Positions 26,745-35,120 of a stretch of DNA of 64,000 bases are shown piece after piece. Position numbers and translations under genes: made by a program. Position 1 is the first letter of the stretch; each line of letters opens with the position of its first letter. The notes beneath the pieces were generated by a model. It was not told the DNA's origin. It ran no database searches and worked only from the letters and a program-made list of their open reading frames with translations. This stretch comes from Actinomycetota bacterium (GTDB lineage: Bacteria > Actinomycetota > UBA4738 > HRBIN12): assembly GCA_035519495.1 (NCBI GenBank), contig DATIWE010000061.1:1832-65831 (forward strand), read 5' to 3'.

Positions 26745-28061
26745 CTAGGCGACGGCCGCGTCGGCGACGGCGAGCGCCTCGTCGATGATCGCGAACCCCT
26801 CGGCCAACTGCTCCTCGGTGATGCACAGCGGCGGGTTCGTCATGATCCCGTTCCAACGGACCATCGTGAAGAGCCCGCGATCGAGCAGCGCCCGGTTCAC
26901 GGCGACCATCGCCTCGTTCGTGACGTTGTAGGGCGACAGCGGCTCCATCGTGTCGCGGTCGCTCACCAGCTCGAGGATGCCGAACAGGCCGATGTTGCGA
27001 TGCAGCCCGACGCTCGGATGCTTCGCGGCCAGCTCCTCGTGGTGCCGTCGCATGACCGGCTCGAGCCGCTTCGCGTTGCCGATCAGGTCGTCCTCCTCCA
27101 GCACGCCGATCGCCGCGAGCGCCGCCGCGCACGAGAGGGGATGCGAGTTGTACGTCAGACCGCCGTAGAAGACGTTCTCCTCGAAGTGCGCCGCGATCGC
27201 CGGGGAGATCGCGACCGCCCCGAGGGGCAGGTAGGACGACGTCAGTCCCTTCGCCGCAGTAAGCAGATCCGGTACGACGTCCCAGTGGTTCACCGCGAAC
27301 CACTCCCCCGTGCGCCCGAAGCCGCACATGATCTCGTCCGCGATCAGCACGATCCCGTGGCGGGTGCACAGCTCGCGGACCCCTCGCAGGTACCCGTCCG
27401 GCGGGATCAGCACGCCGTTCGTGCCGGTGACGGTCTCGAGCATGAACGCCGCGATCGTGCCGGGGCCCTCGAGCATGATCTGCTCCTCGAGCCGGTCGAG
27501 CGCCTGCTCGGCGGTCTCCTCAGGACGGTGGGGACCGTGGTACGGATCGAGCACCCGCACGACACCGGGCACGGGCGGGTTCTCGTTCGCCCAGCGGCGC
27601 GGATCGCCGGTGAGGTTCGCCGTGAGGTACGTCGCGCCGTGGTACGAGCGGTAGCGGACCAGCACCTTCTGGCGGCCCGTGAACGCCTTCGCCATGCGCA
27701 CCGCGTTCTCGTTCGCCTCCGCGCCGCCCAGCGTGAAGAAGGACTTCTCCAGGTCGCCCGGCCACAGCTCCGCGAGCTTGCGGCCCAGGAGCGCGCGGGT
27801 CTCGTAGGCCGCGAACGGCGTGACGTAGGGCAGCGTGGCGCCCTGCTTCGCGATCGCGTCGATCACGCGCTTGTCGCCGTGCCCGATGTTGACGCCCATC
27901 AGCTGGCTGTTGAAGTCGAGGTAGCGCGTGCCGTCGGTCGTGAAGAAGTACACGCCCTCGGCGTGGTCGACCGGCATCGGCAGGATCTTCGACTGCGCCG
28001 ACCAGTCGTACAGGGTGTAACGCTTCGAGAGCTCGACGACCTCGTCCGCCGACAGCGGCAT
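26745..28061 (-). CDS. Class III (omega-amino acid) PLP-dependent aminotransferase
   Basis: YLDFNSQL, SYHG, LIADEIMCGFGRTG, AAKGLTS motifs. Start placed at ATG 28061 after RBS GGAAGGA. Confidence 0.92.
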   Translation of the reverse strand: MPLSADEVVELSKRYTLYDWSAQSKILPMPVDHAEGVYFFTTDGTRYLDFNSQLMGVNIGHGDKRVIDAIAKQGATLPYVTPFAAYETRALLGRKLAELWPGDLEKSFFTLGGAEANENAVRMAKAFTGRQKVLVRYRSYHGATYLTANLTGDPRRWANENPPVPGVVRVLDPYHGPHRPEETAEQALDRLEEQIMLEGPGTIAAFMLETVTGTNGVLIPPDGYLRGVRELCTRHGIVLIADEIMCGFGRTGEWFAVNHWDVVPDLLTAAKGLTSSYLPLGAVAISPAIAAHFEENVFYGGLTYNSHPLSCAAALAAIGVLEEDDLIGNAKRLEPVMRRHHEELAAKHPSVGLHRNIGLFGILELVSDRDTMEPLSPYNVTNEAMVAVNRALLDRGLFTMVRWNGIMTNPPLCITEEQLAEGFAIIDEALAVADAAVA

Positions 28062-28147
28062 CGTTCCCACGTCCTTCCGTTTCAGACTCGTTCGTGTATC
28101 GGGTTCGAGCGGCATGTTCCCAGACGGCGGATGGCCGGAGCCGCGCC

Positions 28148-28564
28148 TCAGCGCACGAGCAGCACGGGACAGGTCGCGTGCTCCACGACCTTGTTCGCGA
28201 CACCGCCCAGCAGGAGGCTCTTCCACTCGGACATACCGCGCGAGCCCATCACGATCAGGTCGACCGCGAACCTCGACGCCGCGTCGACGATCTGGTCGGG
28301 CGTGTCACCGGAGCTCGTCCGTCGGACCTCGCCTCGCGGATCGTCCACGCCAGCGGCCCGGAACGTCTCGACCACGTCGCGCACCAGCTGATCGGCCGGG
28401 ACCGGCGGACCCATGTCGACATCGGATCCCTCGTACCGCTCGTACTCCCGGACGTGCAGGACGGTGACGGCCGACCCGTAGCGCCGCGCCAGATCGACCG
28501 CCATGGCGACCGTCTTCTCGCTCCGTGGGGAGCCGTCGACCGCGACGAGGATCCGGTCGAACAT
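28148..28564 (-). CDS. Universal stress protein
   Basis: MFDRILVAVDGS...DLIVMGSRG...LGGVANKVVEHATCPVLLVR. Confidence 0.93.
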   Translation of the reverse strand: MFDRILVAVDGSPRSEKTVAMAVDLARRYGSAVTVLHVREYERYEGSDVDMGPPVPADQLVRDVVETFRAAGVDDPRGEVRRTSSGDTPDQIVDAASRFAVDLIVMGSRGMSEWKSLLLGGVANKVVEHATCPVLLVR

Positions 28565-29577
28565 CACGTGCCCTCCACGGCGAGGACCGCCGCGACGAGC
28601 TGCGGTCGCACGCGCGCGAAGTACGCCACGGCGACCGCGAACCCGATCCCGAACGGCGCGCCGAACGCCTGCCAACGAACCCACGTGGTGCGCGGCAAAC
28701 CGGTGAGCTCCCATGCACCGGCATGCTGCGTCGCCGCGTCGACGGCACCCCAAACCGCAAGCCCGACGAGGAGCACGCCCAACAGGAGGAACCCGAGCAG
28801 CTGCGTGCTGACGCCGAGCAGCTTCAAGGAGGAGGCGAGCAGCACGAACACGAGGACCGGCCGGATGATCGCGTCCGGCGCTCGCGACGACAGGCGCGCC
28901 CCGACGTATACGGCGGGAAGGGCCCCGATGAGGATCGACGTCGTGAGTCCCAGCTGGAAGTCACCGACCACGATGTGGGCGATCGCGGCCGACGTGACGA
29001 GCGGCACCGCTTGTACCAGATCCGTTCCCACGAGCTGTGCTCCGCGGAGCTGCGGATACGTGAGCATCAGGCACACGATGATGATCGAGCCCGAACCCAC
29101 CGACGTGAGTCCCACGAGGAGCCCGCCGACCGCGCCGATTACGATCGTGAGCAGGACACGGACGTGGATCGCTCCGTCGGTCGGCAGCGTGGCCCGCAGC
29201 CCGGCCCGCGCCTGCGCGCTCCGCCGGGCCTGGAGCCAGGCCCGGAACACCATCGCGATAGCGGCCAGCGTGAGCGTGACACCGAGGAAGATCTTCGTCG
29301 TGTTCTCGATCGCCTCGCTGTCACCGCTGGCGTGCAGGAGCAGGACGCCTGCGAACGCCGCCGGGATCGAGCCGAGGCAGAGCCACTTCACCAACTCCCA
29401 GCGGACGGTCCTGCGACGCACGTGGACGCCGCCCCCGACCGGCTTCATCACCATCGCGGCCACCAGGTCCGAGGACACCGCGGCGGTCGGACTGATGCCG
29501 AAGAAGATCAAGAGGATCGGGGTCATGAGCGCGCCGCCGCCCATCCCGGTCAACCCCACGGTGAAGCCGACGATCAC
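28564..29577 (-). CDS. Sulfite exporter TauE/SafE (TSUP) family transporter; true start may lie about 11 codons upstream
   Basis: GLTGMGGGALMTP, GLTSVGSGS and LVGTDL motifs. Confidence 0.88.
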   Translation of the reverse strand: MIVGFTVGLTGMGGGALMTPILLIFFGISPTAAVSSDLVAAMVMKPVGGGVHVRRRTVRWELVKWLCLGSIPAAFAGVLLLHASGDSEAIENTTKIFLGVTLTLAAIAMVFRAWLQARRSAQARAGLRATLPTDGAIHVRVLLTIVIGAVGGLLVGLTSVGSGSIIIVCLMLTYPQLRGAQLVGTDLVQAVPLVTSAAIAHIVVGDFQLGLTTSILIGALPAVYVGARLSSRAPDAIIRPVLVFVLLASSLKLLGVSTQLLGFLLLGVLLVGLAVWGAVDAATQHAGAWELTGLPRTTWVRWQAFGAPFGIGFAVAVAYFARVRPQLVAAVLAVEGT

Positions 29578-29616
29578 CGACGCGAGCGCGATCCACCAGT
29601 CGATATGCGTCCGGCT

Positions 29617-30870
29617 TCATCTCCCCCGCGGAAGGCGTTCGTCCTTGACGACGTCGCCACCGAGCATCACGAACGGCACGTCCTCGAGGATGCGGACGTC
29701 CTCGGTCGGGTCGCCGGGCACGGCGATCAGATCGGCGAGCAGCCCCGGCTCCACCGTGCCCACGCGGTCCTGCCACCCGAGCAGCTCCGCCGACCACCGC
29801 GTTGCGCTGCGGATCGCCTGCATCGGCGTGAGCCCGAACCGGACGTAGTACGCGAGGTTCCTCGCGTTCTCCCCGTGGGGGTAGATCCCGGAATCGGTCC
29901 CGTGCGCGATCCGCACGCCCGCCTCGACGCACTTCGCGAATCCTTCGCGCTGCGCGTCGTTCGTCATCACGGTCTTGCGGATCACCTCGTCGTCGTACCC
30001 GAGCGCGGGGCCCTCCTCCAGCATGTAGTCGCCGTCGTACATGTCGGCCACGAGGTACGTCCCGCGTTCGGCCATCAGCTCGATCGCCTCCTCGTCGAGC
30101 AGCGAGCCGTGCTCGATCGAGCGGACGCCGGCCCGGACCCCCCGCTTGATCCCCTCTGCGCCGTGCGCGTGCGCGGCGACGAACGTGCCGGCGAGCTCGC
30201 ACTCCTCGACCGCGGCGCGCAGCTCGTCCTCGGTGAACTCCGGCAACCCCGGGTTCGTGCCCGAGGTCAGCACGGCGCCGGTCGCGATCACCTTGATGAA
30301 GTCGGCGCCGTTGCCGAGGATCTTCCGGACGTTCGCGCGCATCTGGTCCACGCCCGAGGTGACGCCGAACCGCAACTCAAGGGGGACGACCGCGTCGACG
30401 TCCGGCGCCAGGCCGGTGAGGTCGCCGCCGCCGCCGGGACAGGTCACGTACGCTCCCGCGCACCGCATCCGGGGGCCGGCGACCCACCCGGCGTCGATGG
30501 CCTCACGGAGCGCCACGTCGGCGAAGGCGCGGAACGAGCCGACGTCGCGGACCGTGGTGAACCCCGCCATCAGCGTCGCCCGGGCGTTCGGCACGCCGGT
30601 CAGCGCCTCCTGCGCCCCGGAGCGCCTGATCAGCGCCGCGTACCCCTGCCCGGAGTCCTGCTGCCCGATCAGGTGGCTGTGCATGTCCATCAGCCCCGGC
30701 AGCAGCGTGTGCCCCGCAAGGTCGATCCGAGCGGGCCCCTCGGGGACGTCCTCGGGTGCGAGGATGGCGACGATCCGGTCCCCCTCGATCGCCACGGCCC
30801 GGCCGGCAAGGACCGCTCCGCGTTCGGTGTCGAGGACCCGGTCGGGCAACAGGACGGCGCGTTCGTGCAT
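29617..30870 (-). CDS. Metal-dependent amidohydrolase (Xaa-Pro dipeptidase-like)
   Basis: LLPGLMDMHSH, IKVIATG, AHAHG, IEHG and GTDSG motifs. Confidence 0.9.
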   Translation of the reverse strand: MHERAVLLPDRVLDTERGAVLAGRAVAIEGDRIVAILAPEDVPEGPARIDLAGHTLLPGLMDMHSHLIGQQDSGQGYAALIRRSGAQEALTGVPNARATLMAGFTTVRDVGSFRAFADVALREAIDAGWVAGPRMRCAGAYVTCPGGGGDLTGLAPDVDAVVPLELRFGVTSGVDQMRANVRKILGNGADFIKVIATGAVLTSGTNPGLPEFTEDELRAAVEECELAGTFVAAHAHGAEGIKRGVRAGVRSIEHGSLLDEEAIELMAERGTYLVADMYDGDYMLEEGPALGYDDEVIRKTVMTNDAQREGFAKCVEAGVRIAHGTDSGIYPHGENARNLAYYVRFGLTPMQAIRSATRWSAELLGWQDRVGTVEPGLLADLIAVPGDPTEDVRILEDVPFVMLGGDVVKDERLPRGR

Positions 30871-31078
30871 ACGGCGGCGAGCATAGCGACCTGTCCCCCG
30901 GACGGCCGAGCGGAAACCGACCATCGGTCCATGCGGGCGCGGTGTCGCGACGGCCGATACCGGGAGCGTGACCGTTCCGGCTCCCTCTCCAGCCGGACCC
31001 GTCACCGACCACACGTCGTGCCGTCCGGGAACGCTCCGGTCCCACCGCGAGAGCGGATGACCGGGGATGGGTCCGAGG

Positions 31079-31099
31079 CCGCCGGAGCGCAACCGGCGG
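31079..31099 (-). terminator. Hairpin downstream of the MBL hydrolase gene
   Basis: CCGCCGG-7 nt-CCGGCGG, about 27 nt after the stop; no U-tract. Confidence 0.4.
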
Positions 31100-31125
31100 C
31101 GCGGCGGGTCGATCTTCCGTCCCCC

Positions 31126-31893
31126 TCAGCCTGCGAGCGCGCGCAGCTGGGCGTCGATGGTCCGGACCAACTCCTCGCCGTCGAACGAGCGTTCGTGCCC
31201 CGCGTGGACGATCCGGGCATCCATCTCCCGCAGGCGCTGCAGCGATCCGGAGAATGCCTCGGCGTCGTCCCAGCTGAGCTTTGCATCGACGTAGACGGCG
31301 TCGCCGGAGAACAGCGTGCCGGTCGCCTCCTCGAACAGGCAGGCCGAGCCGGCCGTGTGGCCCGGCGTGTGCACGACCGCGAACACCCGGCCGCCCAGCT
31401 CGAGCACGTCCCCGTCGTCGAGCAGCATCGTCGCCTCGGCGTTCGGCGTGACCCACCCGGCGACATCGAATCCCGGCGCCGGCACCGCCGTGACGACGCA
31501 CTCAGGCACCGGCGCGTCGTAGTACGCGAACATCTCCTCTGCCTCGGCCGGGAAGTCTTCTCGCAGCAGGCGCATCGGGTACGGATCGCGCGCCATATCG
31601 TCGTCCGCACGGTGGATGCGTCGATCGGCGAACCCCTGCAGGCCGCCCATGTGATCGAAGTGGCCGTGGGTCGCGAACGCGATCACCGGCTTGCCCTCGG
31701 TGAGCGCGTCGATCGCCGGCGGCAACGGGGCGATCCCGTTCGCGGCGTCGACGACCAGGTCGACGTCGCGCCCCGGCACGTGCCACACGTTCGATCGCAG
31801 CAACGGATCGACGTGCGGTTCGGTCAGGCGCGTGACGCCGGCGCCCGCGTCCTCGGCCGCGAACCACGGATGCGCGACCGGGAGGCCCGCCAT
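31126..31893 (-). CDS. MBL-fold metallo-hydrolase
   Basis: THGHFDHMGG (HxHxDH), TPGHT and FSGD motifs. ATG overlaps the upstream stop. Confidence 0.9.
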   Translation of the reverse strand: MAGLPVAHPWFAAEDAGAGVTRLTEPHVDPLLRSNVWHVPGRDVDLVVDAANGIAPLPPAIDALTEGKPVIAFATHGHFDHMGGLQGFADRRIHRADDDMARDPYPMRLLREDFPAEAEEMFAYYDAPVPECVVTAVPAPGFDVAGWVTPNAEATMLLDDGDVLELGGRVFAVVHTPGHTAGSACLFEEATGTLFSGDAVYVDAKLSWDDAEAFSGSLQRLREMDARIVHAGHERSFDGEELVRTIDAQLRALAG

Positions 31894-33131
31894 CAGCGCC
31901 GCTCCGCGAACGCCACGGTCGCCGCCGGCGGACGCAGGCAATGTTCGGTGTACATCGAGGCGTTGTAGCTGCCGAGCCCGAGCACCGCGACGACGTCGCC
32001 CTCGCGCACCTCGGGGAACGGCAGGTCCTCGGCGAACAGGTCGTTGCCCTCGTTGATGTTCCCGGCGATCGTGGCCGGCGCGAGGGGGGCCGCGTCCGCC
32101 GCACGGCACAGCACCATCTGCAGGTCGCTGCGGTAGATGAAGCGTTCACACGCGATCGTCCAGCCCACGTCGAGCCCCACGAACCGGATACCCTCCCGCT
32201 CTTCGACCGAGACCACCTCCGCCAGCAGGACGCCGCACTCCTTCACCAGGAAGTCGCCGGGCTCGGTCCCCACCGCCACGCCGAACGATCCGAGGTGCTC
32301 GGCGAGGATCGCGGCCCATCGGTCGAGGTCGAGCGGTTCGTCGCCGGCGCGCTGCGGCACGCCCAGGCCGCCGCCCGTGTTCACCTCGGCGATCGGACAG
32401 CCCGCGTCCAGCAGCGTCCGCACCATCGCGGCCACGCGGCGGACGCTCTCTTCGAACACCGGGAGCTGCTCGGTCAGGTAGCCGTCGCCCACGTGCACGT
32501 GCACGGCGTCGATCGTGAGATCGTGCGCGCGCGCGACCGCGAGCGCGTCGTCGAGCTGTTCGGCGAAGACGCCGAACTTCGTCGGGCGCGCGCCCGCGTA
32601 GAGCGTCTCCCCGGCCCCACCCCACGACGCGCCGATCCTCGGGTTCACCCGCAGGCCGAGCGTCGTTCCCGGCGCCGTCCGCCCCACCCGCTCGAGCTGG
32701 CTCAGCAGGTCGACGTTCAGGTGCACCCCGGCCTCGAGGATCGCCCGGAGGTCCCGGTCGGAGAGGTTCGTGCCGGTGTACGAGATCTCCTCCGGAGCCC
32801 AGCCGTGCCGCCGGGCCCACTCGATCTCACCTGGCGAACACACGTCGAGGCCCACCCACGGCGTTCGGTCGCGGAGGAACGCGAGGATCGCCGGATCGCG
32901 TTGCGCCTTCAGCGCGAGCCGCACGCGCCCGTCGAGCCCGCCGTTCGCGAGCGCGTCGCGCAGCGCGGCCGCTTGTTCCTCGATGCGCGTCAGGTCGTAG
33001 GCGTACGCCGGCGTGCCGTGGCTGCCAGCGATCTCCTCCGCGTCGCAGCCCGCGATCGACAGACGCCCGCGCCGGACCTCGAGCCCGGGACGGGTCCACC
33101 AGGTGCGTTCGTCGACGGCGTGACCGTGCAC
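31893..33131 (-). CDS. Fold-type III PLP-dependent decarboxylase (diaminopimelate decarboxylase-like, divergent)
   Basis: TPAYAYD, LKA, LRVNP, KFG and GGGLG motifs. Start supported by -10 TAGACT 7 nt upstream. Confidence 0.8.
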   Translation of the reverse strand: MHGHAVDERTWWTRPGLEVRRGRLSIAGCDAEEIAGSHGTPAYAYDLTRIEEQAAALRDALANGGLDGRVRLALKAQRDPAILAFLRDRTPWVGLDVCSPGEIEWARRHGWAPEEISYTGTNLSDRDLRAILEAGVHLNVDLLSQLERVGRTAPGTTLGLRVNPRIGASWGGAGETLYAGARPTKFGVFAEQLDDALAVARAHDLTIDAVHVHVGDGYLTEQLPVFEESVRRVAAMVRTLLDAGCPIAEVNTGGGLGVPQRAGDEPLDLDRWAAILAEHLGSFGVAVGTEPGDFLVKECGVLLAEVVSVEEREGIRFVGLDVGWTIACERFIYRSDLQMVLCRAADAAPLAPATIAGNINEGNDLFAEDLPFPEVREGDVVAVLGLGSYNASMYTEHCLRPPAATVAFAERR

Positions 33132-33149
33132 GCCGCGAAGTCTACGGGC

Positions 33150-33656
33150 CTAGACGAGCCGGCCCTCGGGTCCCTGGTCGTGGAACGTCTCGGGCTCACC
33201 GGTGATGTTGCTCTCGGGCCGGAGCGTGGCCGCGCCGCCGACCAACGCGAAGATCGCGCCGGCGAGCGAGACGAACAGTCCGAGCGCGCGGCTCGCGCTG
33301 TAGGCGGCCGCATTCGGCACCTCGCCGTTCACGATGGCCGTCTGGACGGCGAAGTTGGCCCGCAGGAACCCCCAGATGCAGGCGACCAGCAGGACCATCG
33401 CGCAGACCGTCACCAGCCCGCCCATCGCCTTGCGGATCTTCGGATCGCTGAAGATGACGTACGCGGCGCCGAACGCGAACGTGGCCACCGATGCCCAGAG
33501 CGCGAGATCGCCGGCCGTGAAGACGGTGCCCTTCAGGGTGGTGTTGCCCGACGGCGTCTTCGCCACGTACCAGCCGGCGTAGATACCCAGCAGCGCAACG
33601 ATCCCGCCGACCGCGGCGAAGATGCCGGGATACTGAAGCTTGGCCTTGTTGTCCAT
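33150..33656 (-). CDS. Hypothetical 4-TM membrane protein
   Basis: Four hydrophobic segments, RBS-like GAGGGG, GC-rich third positions. Confidence 0.7.
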   Translation of the reverse strand: MDNKAKLQYPGIFAAVGGIVALLGIYAGWYVAKTPSGNTTLKGTVFTAGDLALWASVATFAFGAAYVIFSDPKIRKAMGGLVTVCAMVLLVACIWGFLRANFAVQTAIVNGEVPNAAAYSASRALGLFVSLAGAIFALVGGAATLRPESNITGEPETFHDQGPEGRLV

Positions 33657-33793
33657 GAAGGGCCCCTCTCGTGGGATGGGTCGAGCCGATGCTCCACCAT
33701 CCACCGCGTCCGTTCAACGACCCTTCGGCTACGGGGTTGCCACCGCTGCACGGGCGAGGTACTACGTCGAACGCACCTCAGGGGGGAGGGGAC

Positions 33794-34081
33794 ATGCTCG
33801 CGGAGATCAGCTTCTTCCACGCCGTCTGGTACATCATCGCCGGCCTCATCATCGGCGCGCTCGCGCGCCTGTTCCTGCCCGGGAAGCACGAGATGGGCAT
33901 CCTGTGGACGATCGTGCTCGGGGTGGTCGGCGCGATCGTCGGCGGCTACCTCTGGGAGCTGATCTTCTCGAACCACGGCATCGCGTGGATCGGGTCGGTG
34001 ATCGCGGCCGTCGTGATCCTCTGGGCGTACGAACGGTTCGTCTCGAGCAGGAAGGCGAAGCCTGCGTCGGGGCCGCGCTGA
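33794..34081 (+). CDS. GlsB/YeaQ/YmgE family stress-response membrane protein
   Basis: IIAGLIIGALARLFLPG...TIVLGVVGAIVGG...IGSVIAAVVIL. Strong RBS. Confidence 0.88.
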   Translation: MLAEISFFHAVWYIIAGLIIGALARLFLPGKHEMGILWTIVLGVVGAIVGGYLWELIFSNHGIAWIGSVIAAVVILWAYERFVSSRKAKPASGPR

Positions 34082-34095
34082 GGTCGGACGTTCCG

Positions 34096-34383
34096 TCAGC
34101 GCACGACCGGCACCGATCCACTGGTCGTCGCGACCGGCACGGTCGTCGTTCCCTTCGAACGGACCACCGTCACGCCGGAGGCACCCCCGGCGGCGCCGGT
34201 CTGCACGACCACCCGGCTTCCCGGCGGGACGACGACTACCTGCTGGCTTTGCGCCTGCGCGCCTGCACGGGGAGCCGGCACCAACCTGAACGCGGCCCAG
34301 GGGATCGCGAACGTGAGGGCGCCGGCACCCCAGGCGACCGCCCGAACGGTCCCCCGGCTCAGACGCTTCCGCTTCTCGGCCAT
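34096..34383 (-). CDS. Hypothetical 95-aa membrane-anchored protein
   Basis: Basic N-terminus, one TM helix, Val/Gly/Thr-rich tail; starts 5 nt after the upstream ORF's stop. Confidence 0.65.
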   Translation of the reverse strand: MAEKRKRLSRGTVRAVAWGAGALTFAIPWAAFRLVPAPRAGAQAQSQQVVVVPPGSRVVVQTGAAGGASGVTVVRSKGTTTVPVATTSGSVPVVR

Positions 34384-34388
34384 GTCGA

Positions 34389-34562
34389 TCAGTCCGTCTC
34401 GACGAAGGATGGCGGAGACGCTTGTTGTGCGGCCGCCTGCACCACGACGCGCACAGGAGCTGCGGCGGCCGTGGCGTGGAGCGTCAGGGCTCGTGACGCG
34501 GTTCCGGCAACGAGGGCGAAGGCGAGTCCCGCTGCGACGATGAAGGCTGACGAGCGGCTCAT
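34389..34562 (-). CDS. Hypothetical 57-aa secreted or membrane-anchored protein
   Basis: RBS GGAAAGGAA; MSRSSAFIVAAGLAFALVAG is signal-peptide-like. Confidence 0.6.
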   Translation of the reverse strand: MSRSSAFIVAAGLAFALVAGTASRALTLHATAAAAPVRVVVQAAAQQASPPSFVETD

Positions 34563-34747
34563 GTCGGTTCCTTTCCATCTCGAGATCCCGGAGGGATCCC
34601 TCCGCATCCAGTACAAGCCCCGACTCTCTAACCGCCGGCAAAGGTCAGCACTGGGTTCGGGTAACGGTGTATGCGGGTTCTGTGTCCTCGGGGCTCCTCC
34701 GGCCGCGCAGACTTCCGAGGGAGGAACACGCTTCCGAGGCACCAGAT

Positions 34748-34765
34748 GGGGCCGCTCGCGACCCC
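34748..34765 (-). terminator. Hairpin directly after the tRNA CCA end
   Basis: Minus strand GGGGTCG-CGAG-CGGCCCC. Confidence 0.5.
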
Positions 34766-34766
34766 C

Positions 34767-34843
34767 TGGTGGAGGTGAGGGGATTTGAACCCCTGACCCC
34801 TGCCGTGCGAAGGCAGTGCTCTACCGGGCTGAGCTACACCCCC
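34767..34843 (-). tRNA. tRNA-Ala (anticodon CGC)
   Basis: 77-nt cloverleaf GGGGGTG-TA-GCTC...GAGC-A-CTGCC-TTCGCAC-GGCAG...AGGGG-TTCAAAT-CCCCT-CACCTCC-A-CCA, with the G3:U70 alanine identity pair and encoded CCA. -10 TACGCT lies 12 nt upstream. Confidence 0.97.
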
Positions 34844-34906
34844 GTGGGACGCATCAGCGTAGCAGAGGCCCCCGACGCGACCGAGGCTCCGGCGTTGAGG
34901 CGTACG

Positions 34907-35092
34907 ATGGCCTTGATGAGGAGTCGTGGGGTACCGCCGGCCAACGCGTGGCGGGCGTTCGTGCTGCCGGGCGATCGGGATGACGAACGCGATGACGTGC
35001 CGACGTCGAGGTGGAGTTGGTTGATCATCGCTGCCGGAACGGTCGTGGCGGCCGCCCTCTTCGTCGCTTGGGTCGTCCTCGGCAACCGCTAG
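34907..35092 (+). CDS. Possible 61-aa single-TM membrane protein
   Basis: RBS GAGG 6 nt before the ATG; C-terminal helix WSWLIIAAGTVVAAALFVAWVVLG. Confidence 0.5.
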   Translation: MALMRSRGVPPANAWRAFVLPGDRDDERDDVPTSRWSWLIIAAGTVVAAALFVAWVVLGNR

Positions 35093-35120
35093 CGGACGCT
35101 CACGATCGCGGATACCGCTC

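Noticed and set aside
18521-31968. Long antisense or alternative-frame ORFs (e.g. 18521..21676, 21873..24095, 28525..31968; likewise 52259..55597 and 56413..58860)
   Set aside because: These are typical stop-poor shadow frames of high-GC genes, with no motifs, lying over well-supported CDSs.
34700-34900. tRNA-Ala as an integration site for a genomic island or prophage
   Set aside because: I saw no integrase, no duplicated tRNA 3' end and no compositional shift. The search was by eye, so an exact-match search of the 3' 20 nt would settle it.
34834-35085. 83-aa minus-strand ORF running into the tRNA
   Set aside because: It overlaps the tRNA 5' end and promoter and is the antisense of a better-supported small membrane ORF.
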